DNA from: Actinobacteria bacterium UBA7422
Lineage (GTDB): Bacteria > Actinomycetota > Actinomycetes > S36-B12
Length of the DNA: 44,276 bases
NCBI GenBank assembly: GCA_002469525.1
Contig: DKME01000110.1
Location: forward strand, 42,796-87,071
Direction: 5' to 3'
A program made the translations under genes and the position numbers. Positions 1-9,945 of the stretch are shown here, in pieces; within the stretch, counting starts at the first letter, position 1; every line of letters begins with the position of its first letter. Below the pieces are notes generated by a model. That model made no database searches, was not told the origin of the DNA, and saw only the letters and a program-made list of their open reading frames with translations.

Positions 1-36
1 GAGTGGGTCTCAGAGTGGGTCCGAGAGTGGGATTCG
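1..36 (+). repeat. three imperfect 12-nt tandem repeats inside the relA N-terminal coding region
   Basis: The units are gagtgggtctca / gagtgggtccga / gagtgggattcg. They encode [12 protein letters not shown]. The array may continue upstream of the window. Confidence 0.8.
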
Positions 37-2224
37 CTCCAGGCTTTCTCGATTTGGGTCACAGCGCTCAGGGGAAAGTGAAATTGATCCACTTCTTAAG
101 ACTCTGCGCAAGTATCACCCCAAGTCGGACACAAAAGTCGTGGAACGTGCTTATGTAGTGGCCCGAGATCTACATCTAGGCCAAAAGCGTAAGTCGGGTG
201 AGGAGTACATAACACATCCTGTCGCGGTCGCGGAAATACTGGCGGATCTTGGCATGACTTCCTCAACGTTGGCGGCGGCTCTGCTTCACGACACCGTGGA
301 AGACTGCGGTTATTCGTTAGACGCACTGCGTGAAGATTTTGGTGACGAAATCGCTCTACTTGTTGATGGTGTAACCAAACTCGATAGGGTCACCTACGGC
401 GATGCAACCGCGGCGGAGACAGTTCGGAAAATGGTTGTCGCCATGGCGCGTGATATCCGCGTACTCGTAATTAAGCTAACTGATCGGCTGCACAATATGC
501 GCACGCTGCGCTATTTGCCGGACGCCAAGCAAGAGAAAAAGGCACGCGAAACACTCGAGATTTATGCACCTCTCGCACACCGATTGGGCATGAACGCGAT
601 CAAGTGGGAACTGGAAGACCTAGCCTTTGGAACATTGCACCCGAAGATGTTCGCAGAAATCGATTCACTTGTTGAGCAACGGGCTCCCTCGCGCGAACGC
701 CATCTCAACATTGTGATAGCCCAACTCAATGAAGATTTACGGACAAGCAAAATCAAATGTCAGGTGACGGGGCGCCCCAAGCATTACTACTCGATTTACC
801 AAAAGATGATTGTTCGTGGCCGGGACTTCAATGACATTTACGACCTGATTGGCGTCCGTATTCTCGTGGACTCCATTCGCGACTGCTATGCGGCACTTGG
901 AACTATTCACGCCCAGTGGAGTCCGGTGCCTGGGCGTTTCAAAGACTTTATTGCCATGCCGAAGTTCAACATGTATCAGTCACTTCACACCACCGTAATT
1001 GGGCCTGACGGAAAACCTGTTGAAGTGCAGATACGAACCCACGACATGCACCGGGCATCTGAATACGGAGTCGCAGCGCACTGGCGCTACAAGCAAGGCT
1101 CCGAAGTAAAGACAGATGACTTCGCGTGGCTGCGCCAACTAGTTGATTGGCAACGGGAAACCGCCGACCCCGGTGAGTTCATGGATTCACTGCGATATGA
1201 CCTTGGCACTGCAGAGGTGTATATCTTTACCCCCAAAGGTGACGTCTTCTCACTACCCATTGATTCAACACCCGTAGATTTCGCGTATTCCGTACACACC
1301 GAAGTGGGTCATAGGTGTGTGGGTGCACGAGTTAACGGCAAACTTGTGCCGCTTGAATCCGTGCTTAAGAACGGTGACGTCGTTGAGATTTTCACGTCGA
1401 AGTCTGACGGATCCGGACCCAGTCGGGACTGGCTTAACTTTGTTATTTCGGCACGGGCGAAAAGCAAAATTAAGGCTTGGTTTTCCAAAGAGCGACGCGA
1501 AGAGGCTGTTGACAGCGGTAAAGATCAAATTGTGCGAGCCGTTCGCAAGCAGGGGCTACCGCTCCAACGCGTGATGACCAATCAGGCGTTAACCAGTATC
1601 GCTGCGGGTTTGAATCAAAGCGATGTAACCGCGCTTTACGCTTCCGTTGGTGAAGGAAGAATTTCGGCGCAAACGATTGTCGCTCGGCTCATTGACGTTT
1701 CGGGCGGGGTAGACGGTGCAGCAGACGACACGGCAGAAGCAATTCGTCCAACATTCGGCACGGCGACGAAATCCCGCAATCACGACGTGGGTGTGGTGGT
1801 GGACGGTGCAGACGACGTGTGGGTCAAGCTTGCACGGTGCTGCACGCCTGTTCCTGGGGATCCAATTTTTGGATTTGTCACCCGGGGATCCGGTGTCTCG
1901 GTGCATCGCGGCGACTGTGTGAATGTGGACTCCCTGAAAGCTCAACCTGAGCGCCTGGTTGACGTGTCGTGGGCGCCGACTCCCAATAGTCTCTTCTTGG
2001 TCAATATCGCAGTCGAGGCTTTGGATCGATCACGGCTGCTTTCCGATGTAACCAAAGCGCTGTCTGACACCCATGTCAATATCTTGAGTGCTTCGGTTGC
2101 CACGACGAGAGACCGTATCGCGACATCACGTTTCACGTTTGAAATGGCCGACCCAAAGCACCTAGGTTCGGTAATTAAGGCTGTGAGGGGAGTTGAAGGG
2201 GTCTTTGACGCTTATCGCGTCTGA
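2..2224 (+). CDS. relA: bifunctional (p)ppGpp synthetase/hydrolase, RelA/SpoT family; 5' partial, runs off the window start
   Basis: The frame of the 140..2224 ORF stays open back to nt 2 (..[26 protein letters not shown].., typical Rel N-terminus). HD motifs [14 protein letters not shown] and HDTVED are present. Synthetase motifs are [12 protein letters not shown] and DLIGVRILV. The TGS region reads [25 protein letters not shown], and there is a C-terminal ACT-like end. Confidence 0.95.
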   Translation, partial: SGSQSGSESGIRSRLSRFGSQRSGESEIDPLLKTLRKYHPKSDTKVVERAYVVARDLHLGQKRKSGEEYITHPVAVAEILADLGMTSSTLAAALLHDTVEDCGYSLDALREDFGDEIALLVDGVTKLDRVTYGDATAAETVRKMVVAMARDIRVLVIKLTDRLHNMRTLRYLPDAKQEKKARETLEIYAPLAHRLGMNAIKWELEDLAFGTLHPKMFAEIDSLVEQRAPSRERHLNIVIAQLNEDLRTSKIKCQVTGRPKHYYSIYQKMIVRGRDFNDIYDLIGVRILVDSIRDCYAALGTIHAQWSPVPGRFKDFIAMPKFNMYQSLHTTVIGPDGKPVEVQIRTHDMHRASEYGVAAHWRYKQGSEVKTDDFAWLRQLVDWQRETADPGEFMDSLRYDLGTAEVYIFTPKGDVFSLPIDSTPVDFAYSVHTEVGHRCVGARVNGKLVPLESVLKNGDVVEIFTSKSDGSGPSRDWLNFVISARAKSKIKAWFSKERREEAVDSGKDQIVRAVRKQGLPLQRVMTNQALTSIAAGLNQSDVTALYASVGEGRISAQTIVARLIDVSGGVDGAADDTAEAIRPTFGTATKSRNHDVGVVVDGADDVWVKLARCCTPVPGDPIFGFVTRGSGVSVHRGDCVNVDSLKAQPERLVDVSWAPTPNSLFLVNIAVEALDRSRLLSDVTKALSDTHVNILSASVATTRDRIATSRFTFEMADPKHLGSVIKAVRGVEGVFDAYRV

Positions 2225-2227
2225 TGA

Positions 2228-3532
2228 TTAGGAACGTAGATCAGCGGCGGTGTTTTCTACCGCGCCCAGCAGTGCCTTGAGGTTGGAAATTGACTCTTGA
2301 ATTTTAGCGGCCGCTTGGGTGTCACCGGCAGCATTGGCTTCGTCGAGTTGACGCTCGTATTTGGAAAGTCCGCCCGCGAATGCACTGGCAGTGTCAGCAG
2401 CCCTGGCCAATGCCTCCGGATTTGAACGCGTCCACTGTTTTTCCTCAACGGAGCGGAAGGCATCTTCAACTTTTTTCAATCGGGAATCTAAACGTGCGCG
2501 ATCTTTTTTTGGAAGCTCACCGATTTTTTCCCAGGCACTCTGAAGGTCACGAAGTTGGGATTTTTGAGCTTTCAGGTTACTCATGTCAACAGGAAGTAGC
2601 GCTTCGGCTTTGAGAGCAAGCTCTTCCTTGAGTGGAATATTGGGAACGAGTTTTTCTTCTTCGGCAGCTTCGCCTGCTTTGAGCTTGTCGTAGAACTCGT
2701 CTTGTGCCGCCTTAAAGCGCTTCCAGAGCTTGTCTTCGTCTGCGCGACCGCCGCGGGGCGCCTTTTTCCAGGCTTCCATGAGGTCTTTGAACTTTTTAAT
2801 CCCGGCTTTGGGGTCGGCGGTTCCAGCAGCCGCCTGCGCACGGGTAATGAGTTCACGCTTAGTGCTTAGTGCCTCCTTGCGAACTGCGTCTAGCTCATGG
2901 AAGTGAGTCCGGCGACGCTTGTCGAAGGCGGTACGTGCATTACTGAGTCTTTTCCAGAGTTCCTGTTCGGCACCACGGTCAACTCGTGGGAGGGTTTTCC
3001 ATTCTTCAACGATCGCGGTGTAACGCTCGGTTGTGGACTTCCAGGATCCTGAGTCTGACATGGACTCGGCTTCCTCGACTAAGACCAGCCGTGCGGCTCG
3101 CGAACTTTCTTTGAGGGCTGCTTTTCGTGCCCGCTCCGTGACGCGCCTTTCTTCAATCAACACGTCTACCTTGTCGCACTCACTTTCCAATGAAAGGATG
3201 TCACCGACGAATGAACGTCCTGCGAGTGCCTCTCGCACCTTCTTAACAACCAGCGCCGCGGCCTCTTGTGAGGATTTACCGTCGGCAAGACGGGTACGAA
3301 TCACGTCGATTTCCACGACAAGATCGTCATATTTGCGGGCATAGAAAGTAAGTCCCTCTGATGGGCTGCCTGCCGTGTACTGGCCCACTTCGACTTCGCC
3401 TTCAGGCGCCTTGAGAAACACCGTTCCGTCCTGGGTCACCCGTCCCCAGTGAGATGCCTGCGCGATAGCCGGACGAACTACAGGCTTGAGCGATCCGGGT
3501 GTGGGAATCGAAGTAAGTGGTGTGTTCGTCAT
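2228..3532 (-). CDS. DUF349 domain-containing protein
   Basis: Repeated helical modules have the DUF349 signature, for example EEWKTLPRVDRGAEQELWKRLSNARTAFDKRR, MEAWKKAPRGGRADEDKLWKRFKAAQDEFY and LQSAWEKIGELPKKDRARLDSRLKKVEDAF. The gene is convergent with relA. Confidence 0.8.
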   Translation of the reverse strand: MTNTPLTSIPTPGSLKPVVRPAIAQASHWGRVTQDGTVFLKAPEGEVEVGQYTAGSPSEGLTFYARKYDDLVVEIDVIRTRLADGKSSQEAAALVVKKVREALAGRSFVGDILSLESECDKVDVLIEERRVTERARKAALKESSRAARLVLVEEAESMSDSGSWKSTTERYTAIVEEWKTLPRVDRGAEQELWKRLSNARTAFDKRRRTHFHELDAVRKEALSTKRELITRAQAAAGTADPKAGIKKFKDLMEAWKKAPRGGRADEDKLWKRFKAAQDEFYDKLKAGEAAEEEKLVPNIPLKEELALKAEALLPVDMSNLKAQKSQLRDLQSAWEKIGELPKKDRARLDSRLKKVEDAFRSVEEKQWTRSNPEALARAADTASAFAGGLSKYERQLDEANAAGDTQAAAKIQESISNLKALLGAVENTAADLRS

Positions 3533-3657
3533 GGCGAGCCTTTCGCGGGAACCTGGTCGGTCGGCTACAGAGGTTGTAGCACCGTCTAAACGAGTGAAGC
3601 GGTCATAACACTACTTTCCTACATTTCCTGAGTTATGCCATGGGTTAAACCCTAATG

Positions 3658-4476
3658 TTAGGAAACTGTTGCAGAATTGATAAATACTGGTTGGGCCGGT
3701 TGCCCGTCGGAAATGCCACCCTCGACGCCTACGGAGCCGACTTCCTGAACGATATCCAGACCACCCACGACGGATCCCCAGATCGTGTAACCAGCTGGCA
3801 GGGACGTATCAGCGTAGACAATGAAGAATTGTGACCCGCTGGTTCCGGGACCAGCATTAGCCATGGCGACAGTCCCAGCAGGGTAATTGACTTCCCCTTC
3901 AGCGGGAAGGTTCTCGTCGGGTACCGAGTACCCGGGGCCACCTGAGCCGTCACCTGCCGGATCGCCGCACTGAAGGACGAAAATTCCTTCGGTTGTGAGC
4001 CTGTGACAGGTGGTGTCGTCATAGAAACCACTCTGAGCCAGGAATGCTTCAGAGGCGACCGTTTCAGGGGCGTTCGGATCCAGTGCAATCGTGATGACAC
4101 CACAATTCGTGTTCAGGACCATGGAGGTTGGATTCGTGTCGAGCGCCAATGGCCCGTCGGGGTAGGAAATGTCGTTTGCGCGTGGGGTACCGGGTGCAGT
4201 GCAATCCAAGGCGGTCGCTTCCTCCTGTGATTCATTGTCACTGGGGTTGACTTCATTGGGATCAACCGGTGCTGTTTCGGCCGTGATGGCGGGGGAGCCA
4301 CTGTTACTTGCGTTGAATACGGCAAAACCGACTCCAGCAGCAATTAAGGCGACCACGACAACCACTGCGGTAATTCGCTGATTGCGCTTAGCTCGAACGG
4401 CTCGGGCAGAGCGATTGGCCTGCTGGCGCTCAAATTTCGCCTTCGCGAGTTCACGTTCACGCTTCTGTGTCGACAT
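3658..4476 (-). CDS. ppiB: membrane-anchored cyclophilin-type peptidyl-prolyl cis-trans isomerase
   Basis: The cyclophilin core shows HRLTTEGIFVLQCGDP and GSQFFIVYADTSLPAGYTIWG. An N-terminal TM helix reads ITAVVVVVALIAAGVGFAVF. I prefer the ATG at 4476 because GGAG lies 9 nt upstream; the ORF track starts 5 codons earlier at 4491. Position next to relA/hisS matches mycobacterial ppiB (from memory). Confidence 0.85.
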   Translation of the reverse strand: MSTQKRERELAKAKFERQQANRSARAVRAKRNQRITAVVVVVALIAAGVGFAVFNASNSGSPAITAETAPVDPNEVNPSDNESQEEATALDCTAPGTPRANDISYPDGPLALDTNPTSMVLNTNCGVITIALDPNAPETVASEAFLAQSGFYDDTTCHRLTTEGIFVLQCGDPAGDGSGGPGYSVPDENLPAEGEVNYPAGTVAMANAGPGTSGSQFFIVYADTSLPAGYTIWGSVVGGLDIVQEVGSVGVEGGISDGQPAQPVFINSATVS

Positions 4477-4607
4477 CGTGTGGGTCTCCATCGTTTATGT
4501 GACTACTGACTTTTGATTGCTGAAGGTTAATGCTGTAGAAATTGCGTTCCAACGAGTCTTGGATCAACTTGGGACCTAAGACTACCCTTGGCTAGGCTAA
4601 GACCCTT

Positions 4608-5288
4608 ATGTTGATCAAGGGTTTCCCCGCTGGCTCCTGGGCCACGAACGCGTACGTCGTTGCCGCTGGCCCGGGTGAGCCGGCAATTATTATCGATCCA
4701 GGTCAGGATTCAATTAATGGGATCAACGAAATCGTCCGGGAAAACCGGCTCGTCCCAGCCGCCGTGATCTTGACCCACGGTCACATTGACCATATTTGGA
4801 GTGTGGCACCGATTTCCTCACAATTCGACATTCCCGCGTTCATTCACACACAGGATCGCTATCGCCTCGCCGACCCTGCGGGCAGCAGTTTTGCAGCCGC
4901 ACGTGAACAACTATTAGCTATGACAAAAGGGGCACTTGAACTGAGCGAGCCAAGTGATGTCAAAGTAATCGAAGATGACTCCTCACTTCTGCTTGCCGGG
5001 CTTGATTGGGGATTCCTGCACGCACCCGGTCACACAGAAGGGTCCATGGTTCTCACAACTAATCGTGGAGGTGACCCGATCGCCTTCACAGGAGACGTTC
5101 TCTTCGCAGGTTCAATCGGACGAACTGATCTACCGGGTGGCAGTTCACAGGCCATGCAAGCGTCATTGGAAAACGTTATTTTCCCGATGCCCGACGAAAC
5201 ACTCGTATACCCAGGACATGGTCCTGACACCACAATTGGTGTGGAACGCGCGACTAATCCATTTCTTTCCACGGGGCGAGGCCTATAA
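4608..5288 (+). CDS. MBL-fold metallo-hydrolase (glyoxalase II-like)
   Basis: It has the THGHIDH metal motif, a later HAPGHTEG, and GDVLFAGSIGRTD. Confidence 0.85.
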   Translation: MLIKGFPAGSWATNAYVVAAGPGEPAIIIDPGQDSINGINEIVRENRLVPAAVILTHGHIDHIWSVAPISSQFDIPAFIHTQDRYRLADPAGSSFAAAREQLLAMTKGALELSEPSDVKVIEDDSSLLLAGLDWGFLHAPGHTEGSMVLTTNRGGDPIAFTGDVLFAGSIGRTDLPGGSSQAMQASLENVIFPMPDETLVYPGHGPDTTIGVERATNPFLSTGRGL

Positions 5289-5291
5289 CCG

Positions 5292-6578
5292 ATGGCTTCG
5301 ATTAATGCACCAAAAGGTGTGCCGGACTATGTACCGCCGCGCAGCAGGGATTTCTACCATGTTCAGGAAAGTCTTAGCGGATCGGCTCGCCGAAGTGGCT
5401 ACGAGTACATCGAGCTTCCCGTATTTGAATCGACCGAACTTTACGAGCGCGGTGTGGGGACCAGCACGGACGTCGTTCAAAAAGAGATGTACACGTTCAC
5501 AGATCGGGGTGATCGGTCAATCACTCTGCGCCCAGAAGGCACGGCAGGTGTTATGCGCGCGGTCATCGAAAATCGTTTGGACAAGGGCGCGCTGCCAGTA
5601 AAGCTCTGGTACCGAGGACCCTTTTTTCGAGCCGAGCGACCACAGCACGGTCGGTACCGTCAGTTGCAGCAAGTGGGCGTCGAAGCAATCGGTTCGGTTG
5701 ATCCGATCATTGACGCCGAAGTAATCGCCATTGCCGACCAGTCATTTCGTTCTTTGGGACTCATTGGTTTTCACCTCGAACTTACCTCACTTGGCTGCAA
5801 GGAATGCCGACCCGCATATCGTGCGAAGTTGCAGGAATTTCTTTCTGCGTGCGATCTTGATCCAGAAACTCGCGAGCGGGCGAACGTGAATCCGCTGAGA
5901 GTACTCGACGACAAGCGTGAGGTTGTTCAAGCGCAACTTGTTCAAGCCCCCCTCATGATCGATTCGCTGTGTGACTCATGTCAGCGACACTACGACGAGG
6001 TACGTGCGTACCTGAGCATCTTCGGCGTTGAGTGGAATGAAGCCCCCCGAATGGTCCGTGGGCTTGATTACTACACGCGCACAACATTCGAGTTTGTGCA
6101 CCCTGCGCTAGGGGCCCAGTCTGGAATTGGCGGTGGCGGCCGCTACGACGGACTCATGTCTGAACTAGGGGGAAGTGAACTTTCTGGAATCGGTTTCGGA
6201 CTTGGCGTTGATCGAACGCTTTTGGCGTGCGAAGCAGAGGGCCTGACACCTTTGATTGACCACACGGTTGACATTTTTGTTATCCCAGTCGGTGAGGAAG
6301 CGAGAGAGCCAGCAGTTTCATTGCTCGTTGGGTTACGCAATGCAGGTTTCTCTGCCGATATTTCGGTAGATAACCGCGGAGTAAAGAGCGCCCTGAAAGT
6401 AGCGAACGGCATGAAGGCTCCCGCTGTACTTATTCTTGGCCCCGACGAAATCAAATCCGGCTCAATCATTGTGAAGGACATGGACAGTGGTGAACAGGTC
6501 ACGGTCTCACTAGAAATCGTGGAATTGGTTCAGTTGTTACAAAGAAACTTACACACTAAGAAAGAGGATGAATCGTGA
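5292..6578 (+). CDS. hisS: histidine--tRNA ligase
   Basis: Class II motifs are [45 protein letters not shown] and GFGLGVDR. Confidence 0.95.
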   Translation: MASINAPKGVPDYVPPRSRDFYHVQESLSGSARRSGYEYIELPVFESTELYERGVGTSTDVVQKEMYTFTDRGDRSITLRPEGTAGVMRAVIENRLDKGALPVKLWYRGPFFRAERPQHGRYRQLQQVGVEAIGSVDPIIDAEVIAIADQSFRSLGLIGFHLELTSLGCKECRPAYRAKLQEFLSACDLDPETRERANVNPLRVLDDKREVVQAQLVQAPLMIDSLCDSCQRHYDEVRAYLSIFGVEWNEAPRMVRGLDYYTRTTFEFVHPALGAQSGIGGGGRYDGLMSELGGSELSGIGFGLGVDRTLLACEAEGLTPLIDHTVDIFVIPVGEEAREPAVSLLVGLRNAGFSADISVDNRGVKSALKVANGMKAPAVLILGPDEIKSGSIIVKDMDSGEQVTVSLEIVELVQLLQRNLHTKKEDES

Positions 6579-8359
6579 TTCGCACAGCCCAAGCAGGCGA
6601 ACTGACCCGTGAAGATATTGGCCGGGAAGTGACCTTGGCCGGCTGGATTGCTAGTCGCCGTGATCATGGTGGCGTTGCCTTTCTTGACCTGCGTGATTCA
6701 ACCGGCGTTGCTCAAGTAGTTGTTCGAGACACCACGCTGGCACACGACCTGCGGGACGAATACTGCATCGCGATCACAGGAACCGTTGAGGAGCGACCTG
6801 AAGGAAATGCGAATCCGGACTTGACTTCCGGCGAGATTGAAGTAATTACGACGAAACTTGAGGTGCTTTCCAAGTCAGCCCCACTCCCATTTCCCATCGA
6901 CGAACGGACAACTGTTAACGACGAAGTCCGACTGCGCCACAGGTACCTAGATCTTCGGCGCAAAAGTTCAGGTGACATTTTGCGCATGCGCTCACAAGTA
7001 AGTCACATTGCGCGCAATGTTCTCATTGCTCAGGACTTTATCGAGATCGAGACGCCGACTTTGACCCGCTCAACGCCCGAGGGTGCTCGCGACTTCCTGG
7101 TTCCAGTTCGACTGCAGCCTGGAAACTGGTATGCACTGCCGCAGTCTCCGCAATTGTTCAAGCAGCTGCTCATGGTCGCCGGCATGGAGAAGTATTTCCA
7201 AATCGCTCGTTGCTACCGCGATGAAGACTTCCGTGCTGACCGTCAACCCGAGTTCACCCAACTCGATATTGAGATGAGCTTTGTCGACCAAGACGACGTC
7301 ATGGCTATCGGTGAAGAAGTGATTCGGTCGCTCTGGCAAGGAATTGTGAACTACACGATCGGCGAGATCCCACAATTGACCTACCACGAGGCAATGCGTC
7401 GTTTTGGTAGTGACAAACCCGATCTCCGTTTTGGCCTTGAACTCGTGGACCTCACCGGATACTTCACCAACACACCATTCCGAGTATTTCAAGCGGAGCA
7501 CGTTGGCGCCGTTGTTATGCCGGGAGGCGCTGATCAGCCTCGTAGAACCTTTGATGCGTGGCAAGACTGGGCTAAGCAGCGTGGTGCAAAAGGTTTGGCG
7601 TACGTAACATTGACCGATGAAGGATTGGGTGGACCGGTTGCAAAAAATCTCAGTGACGAAGAACGCGACGGACTAGTTGCCGCAACGGGTGCGAAGGTCG
7701 GAGATTGCATTTTCTTCGCAGCAGGAAGAACCTCAGAAGCGCGTGCATTACTGGGTGCAGTACGAAATGAAGTTGCCGAACGCTTAGCTCTCATCGATAA
7801 GAGTGTGTGGAGTTTCGTGTGGATCGTCGATGCTCCAATGTTTGAGCAAGTCCAAGACGACTCGGGCAACTGGGTGTGGACCGCGGTGCACCACCCGTTC
7901 ACGTCACCCAATAGTGACTGGCTTAATTCCTTCACTGAGTCACCCGGTGAAGCACTTGCCTGGGCCTACGACCTTGTGTGTAATGGCAATGAAATAGGCG
8001 GTGGTTCAATTCGTATTCATCAAGGCGAGATTCAAAGTCAAGTCTTTCGAATTCTTGGACTCGGAGAGCAGGAAGCCAATGACAAGTTTGGTTTCCTCCT
8101 TGAAGCATTTGCATTTGGACCTCCACCCCACGGCGGCATCGCATTTGGCTGGGATCGGATTTGCATGTTGCTTGCCGGAGCTAATTCGCTCCGAGACGTG
8201 ATCGCATTTCCCAAGACTGGTGGGGGGCACGACCCCTTGACCGGTGCGCCAACCCAGATTACAAGCGCCCAACGTAAGGAAGCGGGCATTGACTCCACAC
8301 CGACAAAGCCCGAAGCGACCAGCGAAGAAACGCCTGCGACCTCGGTGTCAAAGGTCTAG
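6575..8359 (+). CDS. aspS: aspartate--tRNA ligase
   Basis: Motifs are [50 protein letters not shown] and GGGSIRIH. The GTG start overlaps the hisS stop (GTGA). Confidence 0.95.
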   Translation: MIRTAQAGELTREDIGREVTLAGWIASRRDHGGVAFLDLRDSTGVAQVVVRDTTLAHDLRDEYCIAITGTVEERPEGNANPDLTSGEIEVITTKLEVLSKSAPLPFPIDERTTVNDEVRLRHRYLDLRRKSSGDILRMRSQVSHIARNVLIAQDFIEIETPTLTRSTPEGARDFLVPVRLQPGNWYALPQSPQLFKQLLMVAGMEKYFQIARCYRDEDFRADRQPEFTQLDIEMSFVDQDDVMAIGEEVIRSLWQGIVNYTIGEIPQLTYHEAMRRFGSDKPDLRFGLELVDLTGYFTNTPFRVFQAEHVGAVVMPGGADQPRRTFDAWQDWAKQRGAKGLAYVTLTDEGLGGPVAKNLSDEERDGLVAATGAKVGDCIFFAAGRTSEARALLGAVRNEVAERLALIDKSVWSFVWIVDAPMFEQVQDDSGNWVWTAVHHPFTSPNSDWLNSFTESPGEALAWAYDLVCNGNEIGGGSIRIHQGEIQSQVFRILGLGEQEANDKFGFLLEAFAFGPPPHGGIAFGWDRICMLLAGANSLRDVIAFPKTGGGHDPLTGAPTQITSAQRKEAGIDSTPTKPEATSEETPATSVSKV

Positions 8360-8387
8360 CGCAGGCTATCGACCAAATGGGTAATGC

Positions 8388-9698
8388 GTGAGCCTTTTCG
8401 AGCAAGGAGCGGTTGGCCCGTTGGCGGTGCGCATGCGTCCGCGTGGTTTCGAAGACTTGGTCGGCCAAGATCGGGCACTTACGCCGGGAAGTCCATTGCA
8501 GTTACTACTTACCGGCGGTGGTTCTGTTTCCGTGATCCTGTGGGGACCTCCTGGGTCAGGCAAGACAACAATTGCAACCTTGATATCCCAGCAAACGGGT
8601 CGAAAGTTTCGAGAACTTTCGGCAGTAAGTGCCGGAGTGCGAGACGTCCGTGAGGTGATCGACAAAGCCCGTGAAGATTCCAGTCTGTATGGGAGCGAAA
8701 CAGTGCTTTTTATCGACGAAGTTCATCGGTTCAATAAAGCGCAGCAGGATGCATTATTGCCGGCAGTTGAAAACGGCTGGGTGACACTTGTAGCCGCAAC
8801 TACAGAGAATCCAAGTTTCTCCGTAGTTTCACCACTCCTCTCGCGAAGTGTTGTCGTCAAATTGGAACTTCTCAATCAAGACGCTTTGCGCACCGTCCTC
8901 GTGCGCGCGATGGAAAGCGACGAAGGACTCGGAGGCCGAGTCAACGCGAGTGAAGCAGCGATGCAAGCTCTAGTGGACGCAAGTAGTGGAGATGCACGCA
9001 GAGCGCTCACTTCCCTTGAGTCCGCAGCGAATGCCGCGCTGGCACGCTCAGGAACAGAAATTTCAATCCAGGACGTTGAGAATGCGATCAATATTGTTGC
9101 CATTAATTACGACAAAGATGGCGATACGCACTACGACGTAATCAGCGCCTTCATTAAGAGCATTCGAGGCAGCGATCCGGATGCATCACTTCACTATCTC
9201 GCGCGCATGTTGCACGCGGGCGAAGACCCGAGGTTTGTTGCCCGGCGCCTCATGATTTTGGCCAGCGAAGATATTGGCCTTGCCTCCTCGCAAGTGCTGT
9301 TGACGTGTGTCGCGGCTGCGCAGTCGGTTGCACTGGTGGGAATGCCAGAAGCGCAAATTATTCTCGCTCACGCAACACTAGAGGCAGCACTGGCGCCCAA
9401 GTCGAACAGCGTTGTAGCAGGAATAGGGGCTGCCATGGCTGATGTTCAACGCGGAAGGGTCGGCAGCGTCCCGCTTCATTTGCGCGATGCACACTACCCG
9501 GGTGCTGCAGACCTTGGCCACGGAACCGAGTACGCCTATCCCCACGACGAAGCTAGCGGGGTTGCCGAGCAGTCCTACCTCCCGCAGGACCTGCTCGCCT
9601 CGAACTACTACAAGCCGACGAGTCATGGTGCTGAGGAGCGACTACGAGCAGTCGCTGATCGGCTTCGCAAACTTCGTTCCGGCGAGTCGTTAGACTGA
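8388..9698 (+). CDS. rarA: replication-associated recombination protein A (AAA+ ATPase, MgsA/RarA)
   Basis: Walker A is GPPGSGKTT and Walker B/sensor is LFIDEVHRFNKAQQDALLP. The C-terminal MgsA region reads HYDVISAFIKSIRGSDPDASLHYLARML. Confidence 0.9.
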   Translation: MSLFEQGAVGPLAVRMRPRGFEDLVGQDRALTPGSPLQLLLTGGGSVSVILWGPPGSGKTTIATLISQQTGRKFRELSAVSAGVRDVREVIDKAREDSSLYGSETVLFIDEVHRFNKAQQDALLPAVENGWVTLVAATTENPSFSVVSPLLSRSVVVKLELLNQDALRTVLVRAMESDEGLGGRVNASEAAMQALVDASSGDARRALTSLESAANAALARSGTEISIQDVENAINIVAINYDKDGDTHYDVISAFIKSIRGSDPDASLHYLARMLHAGEDPRFVARRLMILASEDIGLASSQVLLTCVAAAQSVALVGMPEAQIILAHATLEAALAPKSNSVVAGIGAAMADVQRGRVGSVPLHLRDAHYPGAADLGHGTEYAYPHDEASGVAEQSYLPQDLLASNYYKPTSHGAEERLRAVADRLRKLRSGESLD

Positions 9699-9701
9699 AC
9701 T

Positions 9702-9902
9702 ATGCGCAGAATGGTGTGGGTCTCGATAGGAGCCGTAGGTGGAGTGTTGGCCTACCGCAAACTTGAAGAAATTGTTAACGAGTCAGTAGACAAGGGAATC
9801 GTGCTGACGGTCATGGATGCGAGTGCATCTGCCAAAGCCCTCGCCGTGGGCATGGGTTCTCAAGTCACCAAAATCCGCGGAGCAGCTCACCAAACCAAAT
9901 GA
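9702..9902 (+). CDS. small hypothetical membrane-anchored protein (66 aa)
   Basis: The N-terminus MRRMVWVSIGAVGGVLAYRKL looks like a single TM anchor. The ORF fills the rarA-alaS gap exactly, starting 3 nt after the rarA stop. I recognise no motif. Confidence 0.5.
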   Translation: MRRMVWVSIGAVGGVLAYRKLEEIVNESVDKGIVLTVMDASASAKALAVGMGSQVTKIRGAAHQTK

Positions 9903-9945
9903 GCATGTCAACTTAGCCTCACCCAAGCACCCAGGAGTAAAGCAC

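Noticed and set aside
7070-7564. Long antisense or alternative-frame ORFs in the six-frame track, for example 7070-7564(-), 10686-11333(-), 24085-24645(+), 4975-5601(+), 12087-12491(-) and 43507-43911(-).
   Set aside because: All lie wholly inside well-supported conserved genes. Their products have the Arg/Ser/Pro-rich, low-complexity composition typical of off-frame translation in GC-biased DNA, and they lack SD signals.
9903-9945. T-box or other leaders upstream of the aminoacyl-tRNA synthetase genes (hisS, aspS, alaS).
   Set aside because: The gaps are 3 nt, a 4-nt overlap, and 43 nt respectively. These are far too short for a T-box, and no specifier or T-box sequence is seen.
9817-9945. 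The 5'-extended ORF starts given by the track for alaS (9817), the binding-protein gene (21300), coaE (31686), yvcK (42225), the thioesterase (27545) and ppiB (4491).
   Set aside because: The extensions overlap upstream genes or lack SDs. Internal starts restore canonical N-termini (MDSAQIRTRF.., MKRTMALK signal peptide, [11 protein letters not shown]-loop) and have SD sequences.
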